This document shows, piece by piece, positions 51,900 through 64,000 of a DNA stretch of 64,000 nt. The position numbers and the translations under genes are program-made. Numbering within the stretch: the stretch's first letter is position 1; every line of letters starts with the position of its first letter. The DNA comes from Geosiphon pyriformis uo1 (taxonomy: Eukaryota > Fungi > Glomeromycota), in NCBI GenBank assembly GCA_016748015.1, contig JAAOMT010000046.1:248001-312000 (forward strand), written 5' to 3'. The notes beneath the pieces are model-generated. The model was not told where the DNA came from and ran no database searches. It worked only from the letters and a program-made list of their open reading frames with translations.

Positions 51900-52413
51900 T
51901 ATTATAAATTAGAATAATAAACTAACAAATAGCAAAATAAAACAGAATTATATAATAATAAAAATAATTAAAAAAGAATTTAATTTCAAAAAGTAAATTA
52001 AATTGGTATAGATTTAATATGTAAGATTAGTTTTATAAATATCTTAATCATTATTTTTTTAAAAAAATAACAAAAAAATTTAAAAATAAAGAAATAATTT
52101 ATATTGTTAATAAAAAATAATACACTAGTATAATTCTATATTTATATTAGTATTTTTAAAATTTAATATTAAGTATTAATTACATTTTTTAATAATATTT
52201 ATTCAATAATCTTTAAAATTAAAAATTACAGATAAATACCAGCAAGTAATTTTTTATTACAAAAATGTTTAAATATTTGAAGAAAATTGAGAAAAAGAAA
52301 TAAGTAAATTAAAAAAAATTAGATATTTTAAAAAATAATTTTTATTATTTTGATTTGTATATGTCTTGTATATATAAACATACTCTTTTAAAGCTAAAAA
52401 ATATATTACTTAT
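51900..52413 (-). mobile_element. Very old family A-like LTR relic, interrupted by a hAT element
   Basis: TATTATAAATTAGAATAATAAACTAAC is a decayed TGTTACAGGTTGGAGTAACAAGCTAAC. Colinear until the TATA-box region, where hAT sequence begins. Confidence 0.7.
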
Positions 52414-55400
52414 TAAAGTTCTGATGTTTGGTTCAGTTTGGTTTAAGTTTAATTAAACCACCAAACCAAATTGAACTCAAACAAAAGACTTAACAAAATT
52501 TTAAACTTAAATTTGAACTAAACTTAAAATTATCAAACTTAAATTAAATTTGAATACATGTAACAAGTTTGATTTAAGTTCAGTTCAAAGTTTATAAACA
52601 TGTTTAGGTTTGACTATTAAAAACATTATATTATACTATATTATTATTTAATTTTTCTTTCAAAAATCTCTGTATTTATGATTAAAAACACTGTGTTGCT
52701 TTTATAGTTTTAGATATTAAGCAAAACTTCATATCTGTAATTATATTCTTATTTGTAGAAAAAACACTATTACTCATAGAAATTAGAAATTATAATAATA
52801 AGTAAAAATAACCAATTAGAAATAGGCATAGTAAAATAGAGAATTCTAGAATTTCTTTAGAAAATTGCAGAATTTCAAGATTCTTTTAGGAAATTACAGG
52901 ATTTTAGAATTCCAGAATTTTCTTGAAAAATTGTAGAATTCCCTAAAAATCTCGAATAACACAAATTATGTATATATAACAAGAGTATTAAAAGCAAAAA
53001 AGTATTTAAAATTCAATAAAGTTCAGAACCACAATATTTTTTTTTCAAAAAATAGTTTTCTATAACTTAAAGTTAAAACCTATTTATATTAATAAAAATA
53101 TTTAATTATCATCCAATTCATGTTATTACTACTTAATTAAGAATATTAATTACTTCTATACTATAAACATTCTATGTTGATAAAATCTAATACTTAATCA
53201 CATTAGACCAATAGTTCTTAATTATGGTTATTAATAGAATATTAATTTTTTATTTTTTTTTGTTTCATTTCTTTGTTGTTTACTAATTAATTAAAAAGAT
53301 TAAATACTAAATATTTGATATTAAAGATAGCCTGGTAAAAAACCCAGAAATAAGAATAGAAATTTAAGAATAGCTTACTAAAAGAACATAACTGTCAGAA
53401 TAAACTGGTTATTATGCTGAAAAAAAAAATTTATAAAAGAAACCAACAATTAAATTTCTGTTTATTATACAAAAAACTCAACCAAAATCTTCAGAAATAA
53501 CTACTATTACTAGCTATTGAACACCAAGTTACAGATTTGTTATTTGTACTAATACTTCAAATAATTATCTGTAATATTTGGTGCTTTCTATAAGATATAA
53601 TCTAACAGAGAACCAGCACCAACATCAAACAATCTGGAAAAGTAGCAAACCAAAAAATTATAAGAGAAAATTATTTAAGATTCATAAAATTTTTATTTCA
53701 AAATTACCAAATTTATCTTAAACTGACAAATAACTATTGTCTAGCAGAATCAGCTTTTAATTATTATGTTAACAAAAAAATTAAATTCTACTTAGAAAAC
53801 CAAGAAGATCCAGAAACTACTCTTAACAATTTTTATAATAAATTATTCTAAACCATTACACTTTTACCAAACCATCTGTTTGCATTACTAATTATGAAAA
53901 TAAATAGATAAATTGAAAATTACATCCAATAAAGATTTTCTATTATTTTTGCAGACAAAAGAAAATTACAAACTTTAATAAAAACACTAAGAAAAATACA
54001 ACTACTTAATTAAAAAAAACCAAGAGTTGTTTTACCCATTCACCTGTTATACTATTATATATCAAGAAGTACTATATATATATTATTAGGATCCACATTA
54101 CCATTAACTATAAAAACACTATTACTTAGAATACCATTTCAAAATAATTAAAAGAAAGCCAAATTATTAGAAATTTATGGTAATTACTTTAAAAAATTTA
54201 AATTATAATTAACAATACCATCAGAACTTCAATCACTGCCATTTTAACTAAATTTCAGATTTACTAGTTATTGAAAAGATATTAATTTGGAAGAAAAAGA
54301 AGACAGTAATCAAGAAAATAATAATCAAAACCTGATTCCAAATAAACTAGAAATACAAACTCTGATTGTTTAAACTTTACAAACTTAAACAATCTAACCT
54401 CTACTTCTATTATTCAACAAAACTTATTTTCTATGATTGTAATTCATCTACCAGTTGTATCAATTGCAGTATCACAACAACAGCTTCAATAACAATCTCA
54501 ACAACAACTATAACAACAACAACTTACATCAATAGTATACACATTTATTATCAAATTTAAGAAATTCACCAGTGAAAAGAACAATGTTCAAACATAATTA
54601 AACAATATAGTCAAAACAATTACAGCCAATAACTGAAATAATACTAGAACTCTTCAAATCATTCTATACTTTTTATAGAATACTGCTAACTTGTAGTATT
54701 AAAACCTAGTTAATAAATCACAAACTTTTAATGTGTTTAAAACCATGTTTTTACAATATTTTAATAATTACAACAGCATTAATTGCCTGTTAACTAGCTT
54801 TACTACCATTAAACAGAATAATACTAAAGCAGTCACTACTTACTTGGAATGTTTCCACAAGAATCTGCACCAAATCCAGGCAATTCAAGCTGACTATTTT
54901 ACTAAAACACAGATTTTAAACCAGTTTATTGTGAATTATGCAGTAGTTTGTTATAAAAAGTAAAACTAATACACCCAAATATTCTCCAGAATACAGTTAC
55001 ACACACCCAAGATTTTGAATTGGCCAAACTCAAAGCCAATTATGTCCAAGTCATAAATTTAGTAATAAACAGATCATCTGAATTGAATATTAAATTAAAG
55101 CAATTTGGTAAAGCTATTAATCAAAAAATCAAAAAATACTTAGTTAAAAATCAAGTTATCTATCAGTTTTCACAATGCTATAACAATCAAAAAAAATTCA
55201 ATTGTTTTTAAAATCAATTGTGTCCATTATTTTTATCAGCCAATTAATCATGGCAGCAAAAGATATGTATCTGCTACTATTGTGGTAAACAAAAACACTT
55301 AAAATTAGACTGCTGCTTAAAATTAAATAATTAATAATTGGAAAATTAATATCAAAACCCCAATTGCTAGTTCTAAACTCCAAATTATACCCAGAATTAG

Positions 55401-57360
55401 AAACAATACCAACCATATTATGCATTAATAATACAACAACCAATATATGTACCTCCTGTTTATCAAATTTTAGCACCAGTAATCTATCAACAGCCACAGT
55501 TACAAGTAATTTATCAATCTTAACAAATTCAAAATTACTGTGCTGACACCTATTAAAAATCTAAGGCTAAGAATTATTTACATTCAGCAGAATTGGAAAT
55601 TGGCAATAATTATGTACCAACCAATTTTCAGTTCTTTAATCCAGTTATTAAGATTATGCCAGCAGAATTTGAAAAGTACATCCAAAACCCAAATTTTCAG
55701 AACTATTTAAGTCTCTTGGTTATTTTAAAAACCAATTCACCCAACAACTTAGAAGACCCAAAAACACCATTTACCAACAACATTTCATTAGTAACTGTTA
55801 TTAAGAATGAATTACTAGCCACTATCTTCTCATTCAAATTGGAAGACCAATTAAAAGCACTGTTATTCAGTAAAACCACTCTTAATGCCAAATTTATTAC
55901 AGCCATGTATACTAATGCCAAAGTTAATAGCCATTTTATTAAACTAATTTTTAATAGTAGTTTAACAGATAGTATTATCACATAACAACTCATGAATCAA
56001 TTAAGTTACTAAGTTAATTGTGCTATCAGTGCCAAAATTGTTATTGTTAACAGAGTAACAAAGATTTCAATTAGAAAAATTGACAACTTTCTCTTCAAAG
56101 TTAACAGTATTATCATGCCAATTAAAGTGTTGATAATAAAAGCCACACAATACCAAGCTTTTATTGGTAATGACTGGCTGTTCAAAACCAATACTGTATT
56201 TGACTAAAACACTTAAAAGTTTTAGTTAACATTTGATGATCAGTATACTTAAGTGTTTACTACTTGTAGACACTTTAAAGCTTTTTTAAAAAAGCAATTA
56301 TTGATTGAATTGGAAGAAAAAAAAGAAAAACCTATCTGAAAAGCCTATCAAGTCTTGTAAATTAAAGATAAACATAATAAATTACTGTTAATACTCTCTT
56401 GAAACAATAAAAAAAAAAAAGAAGAGAACAAACCAGAAATCACCACAGCTACTAAAGAAATAACTAATAAGTAAAATAGATCATACTCTGAAAACACAAG
56501 AAAAAAACTGTCATATATTCTGCTTAAATATATTAACTATAAGAAAAAGCTTTTTTTCATAAGAGCTTGGATCTTATTAGAAGAAAACTACTAAATACAT
56601 ATCCACTACTATTGCAAATTATGCCATAGAAAATGCTTTGGTTATCCAAAACAACAAGGAAAGTAAAACAACAAATTATGTCTTATTTATAAGAAAATGC
56701 TACTTAACAAAAGAATGTGAAATAACATTCCTGATTAAAAAGAAACATATAACACTTTATGTCAATACATGATCTTCATAAACAACTAAGTGAGCCAAAG
56801 AACACTTTTCAATACTACATAGAACTAAGTATTTTTATGCTTGAACAATTACTTACATAATAAAAACAAAATCTAGTAAATAGCAAGTGCCAAAGTCAAA
56901 AGCACTTTGCCCAGTAAAATATTTGTGATCAAAAACAATTCACCAGAATCTGTTAAGACTGTTTTTATTTCCAATTATTAATATCTTAAATAACTCAGAA
57001 CAGTTCTACAAATATTATCAAGATTTAGCACCAATTAAAAAAAAACAAGAGCAATGTTTAAAACAACTAAACACTAAATTCTGTAAGCATTGTCTAATTT
57101 CTAGTAACTTCAAATATTGTAATAATTGTGATTTTATCTACAATTTACTATCACACATAATTTATTTAATCTCCAAAAAAGAAAAACCAATCAGTAAATG
57201 TGTTTTAGAATTAAAATCAAAATTTAATCATAATTCAAACTTTAATAATGACAACAACAATAGTTCCAACTCTATTTATAATAGCAACAATAACAACAAT
57301 TCAAACTTTAATTACAACTTCAAACAATATATTGCATTTCCAAATCTTTCAATGAAGCAG

Positions 57361-57795
57361 AAACTTAAATGGTTCAGTAATAATAATAAAAATATTATGT
57401 TAAAATGCATACATAATACCAATGTAGAGTTTGATTTCAGATATTTAGAAAAAACTGCTATTTAATTGGAATCATATTTATGCACTAATATAGATCTGAA
57501 AATAGCACTAGAAATTCTGGCAATGACAATAGTTTAATTAATTTTTAGATATAGTTTAATGAAAAAAGAAATTAATATTAAAAAAAAAATAATTAATGCA
57601 GAATATGTAGCAAATATTATTGCAATGCTATAAAATGACCCAGAAAAAGGATATATCATTGAACTAAATAAAAAAATAGCACAAACAATATTCTTGTCTT
57701 TGGTTAAAATAGTTTAATTAGTGTTAGTGAAAACAAAAGAAAAGTTTAAGATTACAGCAAGAGAGATAAAGAAATTTGGATCTATGAATAGAGTA
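57361..57795 (+). pseudogene. dUTPase domain inside family B pol, between protease and RT
   Basis: One frame with NVEFDF (DAGFDL), KKIINAEYVAN (GGIIDAGYVGN), KIAQTIF and REIKKFGS (RGxxGFGS). The motif deviations are mostly G>A/C>T. Confidence 0.85.
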
Positions 57796-59685
57796 AAAAT
57801 ACCAGTTAATATGGCAGAAAAAGAAACCCCAAATTTTCAAAGCTAAAATAAACATTTGTGAATTAGGAAAGATTACCATTACTAATCTTTACATACCAGC
57901 CAAAAATTACAAACACATTAAAATCTCAATATACAATACAATTAAAGATCTTATAAAAATACCAAGTAGAATTACTATTGAATACTTAAGCATAGAAGTT
58001 AAAAATCAAACATTTATCACTATTCCAGACTTTTCACAACTGTGTAAATATGTAGATATTATATTACAAACAATTTATAGAAGAGAAGAGTATTATTTGC
58101 TATAATCAAAACAATTAGAGCAAATAAACTTGAGAAATTTAGACTTACTTCAACAAATACAACTCAAAATACTACTTAATAACTTTATTAATATCTTTGT
58201 CAATAAAATAAATTTAGCAGAACTGATATTATCCAACACCAGATCAAAACTGAAAATGCAATGTTAATCAAACAAAAAACATACAGAGTATTATTAGCCA
58301 GCCATAAGATTATCTAACAAGAAATCAACAAAATATTAAACAATAGATTAATTCAACAATTAATAAGTCTATAGTTATTACCAATAGTACTTGTTCAGAA
58401 AAAAAATAGAAAGATCCACTTTTATGTAGATTACAGAAAACTCAATAGTATTACTCATAAAAACAGCTATTTAACTTTATGAATTTAGAAGTTATTTAAT
58501 GTTTTTGAAAGGAAGAAATGGTTTTCAATATTGGACTTAGATAGTAGTTACTGGCAAGTAGCCATGAATCCAGCTGATAAGAAGAAGACAGCATTTACTA
58601 CAAGAAAAAAAAACTTTGAATTTAATGTAATACTATTTGACTTAACCAATACTTCAGCCACCTTTCAACAACTTATAAAAATTGTATATACTGAATTGCT
58701 ATAAAAATCAGTAGTAGTTTACTTAAATAACACTAACATGTTCTCTAGAACATTCAATAATCATTTTTATTATTTTTAACATGTGTTTGAAAAGTTAAGA
58801 AAAACCAAATTGAAATTGAATACAACCAAATACTTCTTTAACAAAATTAAATTCAAGTTTTTAAGACATGTCATAAGCAAAAACAGCATCAAAACAGATT
58901 CAGACAAAATTAAAATAGTTAAAAATTTTCCAGTATTAACAAACTTAATAGAATTAAGAGCATTTTTGGAATTTGTGAAATATTATCACTATTTTATCCA
59001 AAATTTTTTCAAACTGGCTTAACTACTTTACCAGCTTCAAGCAAAAAATGTTAAATATAAATAAACTAAAATCCAACAAAAAGCTTTTGATATCTTAAGA
59101 AGAAAGCTTATTCAAACACCAATACTAATCTATCTAAATTATAGCAAGCCATTTATTATCATCACCAATACATCTGGTTAAGTATTGAGAGCTGTATTGT
59201 TACAAAAAAAAGCAGATAAATGAAAACATTCAGTGATATATGCCAGCTAAAGTTTAAGTTTAACTAAGAAGAACTATAGAACTTTAGCATTAAAAAATTA
59301 TCTATCTATTTAGCTGTTATTAAATAAAAAGAATATTTAAGTTAAAAGTTTAATGTATATACTGATTACAAAGGATTAACATTAATTCAAAAACAAAAAT
59401 TTAAAAACAATCATCATACAAAATAGAAAATAAAACTATCACTATTTAATTATATAATATATTATAAAAAGAGAAAAAAAAATAGAAATACCAATTGTTT
59501 ATTACAAATAAAACAAATCTAAAAACATTTCAACCCAAAAATATAACAAAAAATAAATACACAAAATATCAACAACTTTAACATTATATCAATATTCAAT
59601 AGTTTAAGAAAAAATTATCTAAAAAAAACAAAACAACATAAAACAACAATCAAAATATCTTATTACTTACCAAAATATATTATAT

Positions 59686-60376
59686 TATTATGATTGAAAC
59701 TTATATTTCTTATTAATTATCACATGTATTAGCCACTCTATTTTTAGAAAGTGATTATTGACCTGATCAATGACCTGACTATTGATCTAATCATTGATTT
59801 GATCATTAACTTAATCATTAACCTAGTCGTTGATCTGATCATTGACTACTTTTGATAGTTATATAAGTGATGAATTTCTTAGCTGTAGAAAAGCATATAA
59901 GAATCAAAAAAAAAGAAATAAAATAACAACTTTCATCTTAATTATTCTCTTATTGCTAATTTCTCTTTCCCTATCTTCAAGTATCTGAACATTTTGGGAT
60001 AAAAGATTACTTGTTGGTTATTTCTTACCCTTTTCCTGACTTGTATAATTGTAACATTTGAAGATTATTGAATAAAATATGACTAAAGAGTACATTTAAT
60101 ACTTGATATTGAATTTTAAGAGTGTTAATGTAAGGCATAGAATTATACCAGTGTGTGATTATTTGTTGACAGTACAAACTATCCCTCTACCTTTAAATTT
60201 CCTGATTATCTTTAGAAAAATACAATGACTGAGATATTTTATAAGACTGATCTCACATATTGAATCTATACTTATTCAATTCACTCTTTGAAATTGAATT
60301 CTCTTTGATTCCTTTCATCACCCTACAATTCTGTTTTCTTTTGCTATCTATTAGCTTGTTACTTCAACCTGTAACA
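59686..60376 (+). mobile_element. Family A solo LTR inserted in the B2 integrase
   Basis: ATAT/ATAT TSD. The uninterrupted site is seen in B1 at ~29705. Confidence 0.92.
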
Positions 60377-63300
60377 ATATTAAAAAAACAAAAATATTCG
60401 GATTAGTCATTTAGAGTAATTACAAAACTAAAAAAAAAACAATACTGTTCAACATGTACTCAAATCTAACAGCAAAACATTTTCATAAAAAGCAACCATG
60501 AAAAAAACCAGAAAAAAATATTATTGGCTATCTATGTATTCAAACATCATTCATAATATTCAAAATTGTGATGTTTATTAGAGAAAAAAAGAAACAAAAC
60601 CCAATAAATCATTAAGATTAATCAAAATAAGACAGTTATTTGATCAAATCAGAATTGACTTAGTTGAATAATTAACTATTATCAGCAAAAACAATTAATA
60701 TATATTAGTAATCATAGACTATCTCATAAAATAGTCCAAAGCAAAAGCAATTTAAAGAGCAAATACAGAATCTGTAGCCAAATTTATCCACTAAGATTTA
60801 ATTTGGTCTAAAAAAATTATTATCAGACTAAAGAACTCACTTTGTAAACAGAACATTAATAAAATTAAGTCAAAAATTTAGAATTAAGAGATCATTATTA
60901 TTACTATATTATTTACAAACAAATAACTTAGTTGAAAAATTCAACAAAACATTGTGTAAAATAATAGCCAAGATCAGCCAAGAGAACCAAAATAAATGGA
61001 ATTTGTTTATACTATTAGTATTATTTGCTTATTAGACAATGAAGCAAAATATTACACAAGCAATACTATTTAAACTTATTTATAATAGAACAACAACATT
61101 ACTAGTTAAGATAAATATCAATACATATCTAATAAAACCAATAACAGAAGCCAATTTCTAAGAACATTACTAAAAAGAACATATGATTTAATAGAAACTT
61201 TAAAAAACAAAAGATGAATAGCAGCTAATAATATACAAAAGTTACAAACAAAACAAAAACAACAACATAATAACCAATTATCAAATAAACCAATTGAATT
61301 TAAGATTGAAGACAAAATACTTTTACATTGTACCAAAACAGAAAAACAATAAAGTGGAAAATTTGATCCAAAATAGGATAAATATTTCACATTAAAGAAA
61401 TTCTAGGAAATAAAACTTATAAATTAAAATAGAACAACAAAATTTTAGCTAAAGCAATACATAAAAATTAACTAAAATTATATTACAATATAGTATTATT
61501 ATTTACTAATAATATTCTACAATTAAAAATACAATAAATACTAGTCTAACCAGATAAGATTCCATAAAATCTAAAACCAATCATAATTATTGACACAAAC
61601 ATATCAAATTAATCTATAAAAACAGTATATAAAAAATCAATACATATAACAAAAGCAAATAGAAAAATAAAAATTACTGATAATATTTACTTATTAGCTT
61701 AACAATTATTCTAACTAATTAAACATCAAAAACTAAATATGAAAATTACAATCAACCAATAAACCATTCAATATACAAAAAAAAAGAAAAATTTCAATAT
61801 GAACTACAATATAAAGTATACAGAAAATATAAAAATATAATAGAAAATATAATAGCAAAAGTAAAAATATTCATAGAAAACACCAAAGACAATAGTACCA
61901 TATAAGGAATTGACAGAAAAAAATTGAAAATGGTGGACACAACAATTTTTAAGAAACTTTTGTTATTATTATTTGAAACAAAAACTCAATATTCAGAACT
62001 TATATATAAATAAAACAAAATAAATATTTAACACAAAAATACTACAACAACTTGAACAATTTGTAAAAAAAAACAATCTATTCACATAGACATAAGCAAT
62101 ATACCAGTTACAAACAAAGTTTTAAAACTGTTTAAAAATACTGTTGTATTTAATAATAAATATAGTAACCATCATCCAATTGGAAAAAATTACCAATACC
62201 CAATTTAAAAAATTACAGACCAATATTGTCTAAGTAATTTTTGAGAAAAAAATGATGAAGTTAATCTAAGAAAGAGATTTAAGAGATTTAGAAAATTTTA
62301 ATAGAGCTCAATATTAAAAAAAAGGAATAATATTACTTATAAAAATTAAGAATTATAATAATAAATAAAAATAACCAATCAAAAATAGGTGTAATAAAAT
62401 AGAGAATTCCAAAATTCTCTTAAAAAATTGCAGAATTCTAGGATTCTTTTGAAAAATTGCAAAATTCCAAAATTCCAGAATTTTTTTGGAGAATTGCAAA
62501 ATTTTTCAAAAATCTTATATAACACAAATTATGTATATATAGTAAGAATATTAAAAGCAGAAAAGTATTTAGAATTTGATAGAATTCAGAACTATAATAT
62601 TCTTCTTTCAAAAAATAGTTTTTTATAACTTAAAGCAAAAATTTATCTATATTAATAAAAATATCTAATTATCATCCAATCTATGTTATTATTATTTAAT
62701 TAAGAATATTAATCACTTTTATATTATCAATATTTTATGTTAATAAAATCTAATACTTAACTATACTAAACCAATAGCTCTTAATTATGACTCTTGACAG
62801 AATACTAATTTTTTATTTTTTTTTATTTTTTTTTGTTTTGTTTCTTTGTTGTTTATTAATTAATTAAAGAGATTAAGTACTGAGTATTTAATATTAAAAA
62901 TAGTCCAGTAAAAAACCTGGGAATAAGAATAAAAATTTAAGAATAGCTTACCAAAAAGACATAACTGTCAGAATAAACCAGCCATTATACTGAAAAAAAA
63001 AATTCATAGAAAAAACCATTAATTGAATTTCTATCTATTATACAAAAAATTCAACTAAAATTTTTAAACTCTAAAATCTTCAGAAATAACTACTATTACC
63101 AGCTATTGAGCATCAAGTTATAAATTTGTTATTTATATTAATACCTTAAATAATTATTTGTAACAATACATTTAGAAACAACAAATAATTTTTGAATTGC
63201 CAAATAATTACAAACTATATATACAAGATAAAAAAATTGTGTTTAATATGCTTAAATATTGAATTATTAATAAAATGTTAATTTAAATAAATATTTTTTG

Positions 63301-64000
63301 TAATATATCTTTCACTATGTCATTATATCTATTTCTCTATTGGCCATTTTTTTAGAGATATAATGATCAATTTTATTAAGTTTTTATTATTATTATTATT
63401 ATTAAAGTTTGTTTTTAATATAGATTGTATGACTGATGCTATAATATTATTAAAATTGTTATTCAACAAAAAACTATTATTTGATGTTAGTATAATGTTC
63501 AGTATATATTTTATTTTAAAGAGAGTATTTATTTTAAAGATTTATTTATTGTGTAAAAATTAGAAAATAAAACTGTTTAAATAAATTAATAACTTATAAT
63601 TTTTTTATTTTATTAATATTGTTATCCAAAAATTTTTTTTTTTATAAAATAATAAAATTTTCACCTTGGATTCAATACAGTACAAAACATTACAATTGTA
63701 TTTGTTTTAGAGTAATATTCAATTAACTTTTCTTTTGCTGTTCTAGCTATTATAACAAGTAATAGATCTAATATTAAATATGTTAAATAAATAACTAAAT
63801 AAATCCAATTAAGATTATAATGCTTTACTAGATTTATTATTATCAACTATGTCTTCAATGTAATTAAAAATAATATTAAAGAGAGGAATAATTAAGGAGA
63901 CAGTATTATTTGAACTGGCTGATATTTTGACTATAATATTTTTAAATAGTTCAAGAAATTTAGCAATTTTATCAAAAACAACTCACTAATCATATGAAAT

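Larger units (their letters stand above)
52768..63165 (+). mobile_element. Gypsy family B copy B2, full length and decayed; LTRs 52768-53576 and 62331-63165; gag, PR, Cys-rich region, dUTPase, RT, RH, IN, extra ORF
   Basis: Paired LTRs with TSD ACAC/ATAC. PBS TGGTGCTTTCT at 53579, PPT 62316-62330. CYYCGKQKHLKLDC knuckle at ~55272, protease IFNSSLTDSI (decayed LDSGS), RT and IN relics. Confidence 0.9.
52414..64000 (-). mobile_element. hAT DNA transposon relic (3' end and C-terminal transposase), split by B2; segments 52414-52767 and 63166-64000
   Basis: Joining the flanks gives YLAIQKLFVVSKCVFS...ITDMKFCLISKTIKATQCF (hAT dimerisation motif). KEKLIEYYSKT...TVLNPR at 63661-63846. Decayed GTTCGG/CCGAAC-type subterminal repeats at 52425-52610. 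Confidence 0.75.

Overview
AT-rich eukaryotic (fungal) genomic DNA. It is most consistent with a Glomeromycotina/Mucoromycota fungus such as Geosiphon; this is an inference from the TE protein style, CpG-depleted TEs and a U12 intron. About 90% of the window is a deeply nested transposon graveyard. It holds seven copies of one Ty3/Gypsy family (family A, copies A1-A7) plus two solo LTRs and an LTR relic, two copies of a second Gypsy family (family B, which carries a dUTPase), three LINE copies or relics, and a hAT relic. A ~4 kb CpG-retaining host island (37.6-41.3 kb) holds two convergent genes: an 11-exon mitochondrial-type PPR gene and a 2-exon MAPEG gene. The PPR gene contains a U12-type AT-AC intron and a GC-AG intron. 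Family A has an unusual architecture: an elongator tRNA-Met PBS, a covarying U5 hairpin whose loop is complementary to the tRNA-Met anticodon loop, a U_UUA_AAC -1 frameshift with a downstream hairpin, integrase in a separate ORF, a conserved ~220-aa non-env ORF3 running into the 3' LTR, and a 4-bp ATAT-type target preference. C>T/G>A decay increases with nesting depth, which gives an internal clock for the host's TE-mutating process. All alignments were done by eye, so element boundaries may be off by a few bases.
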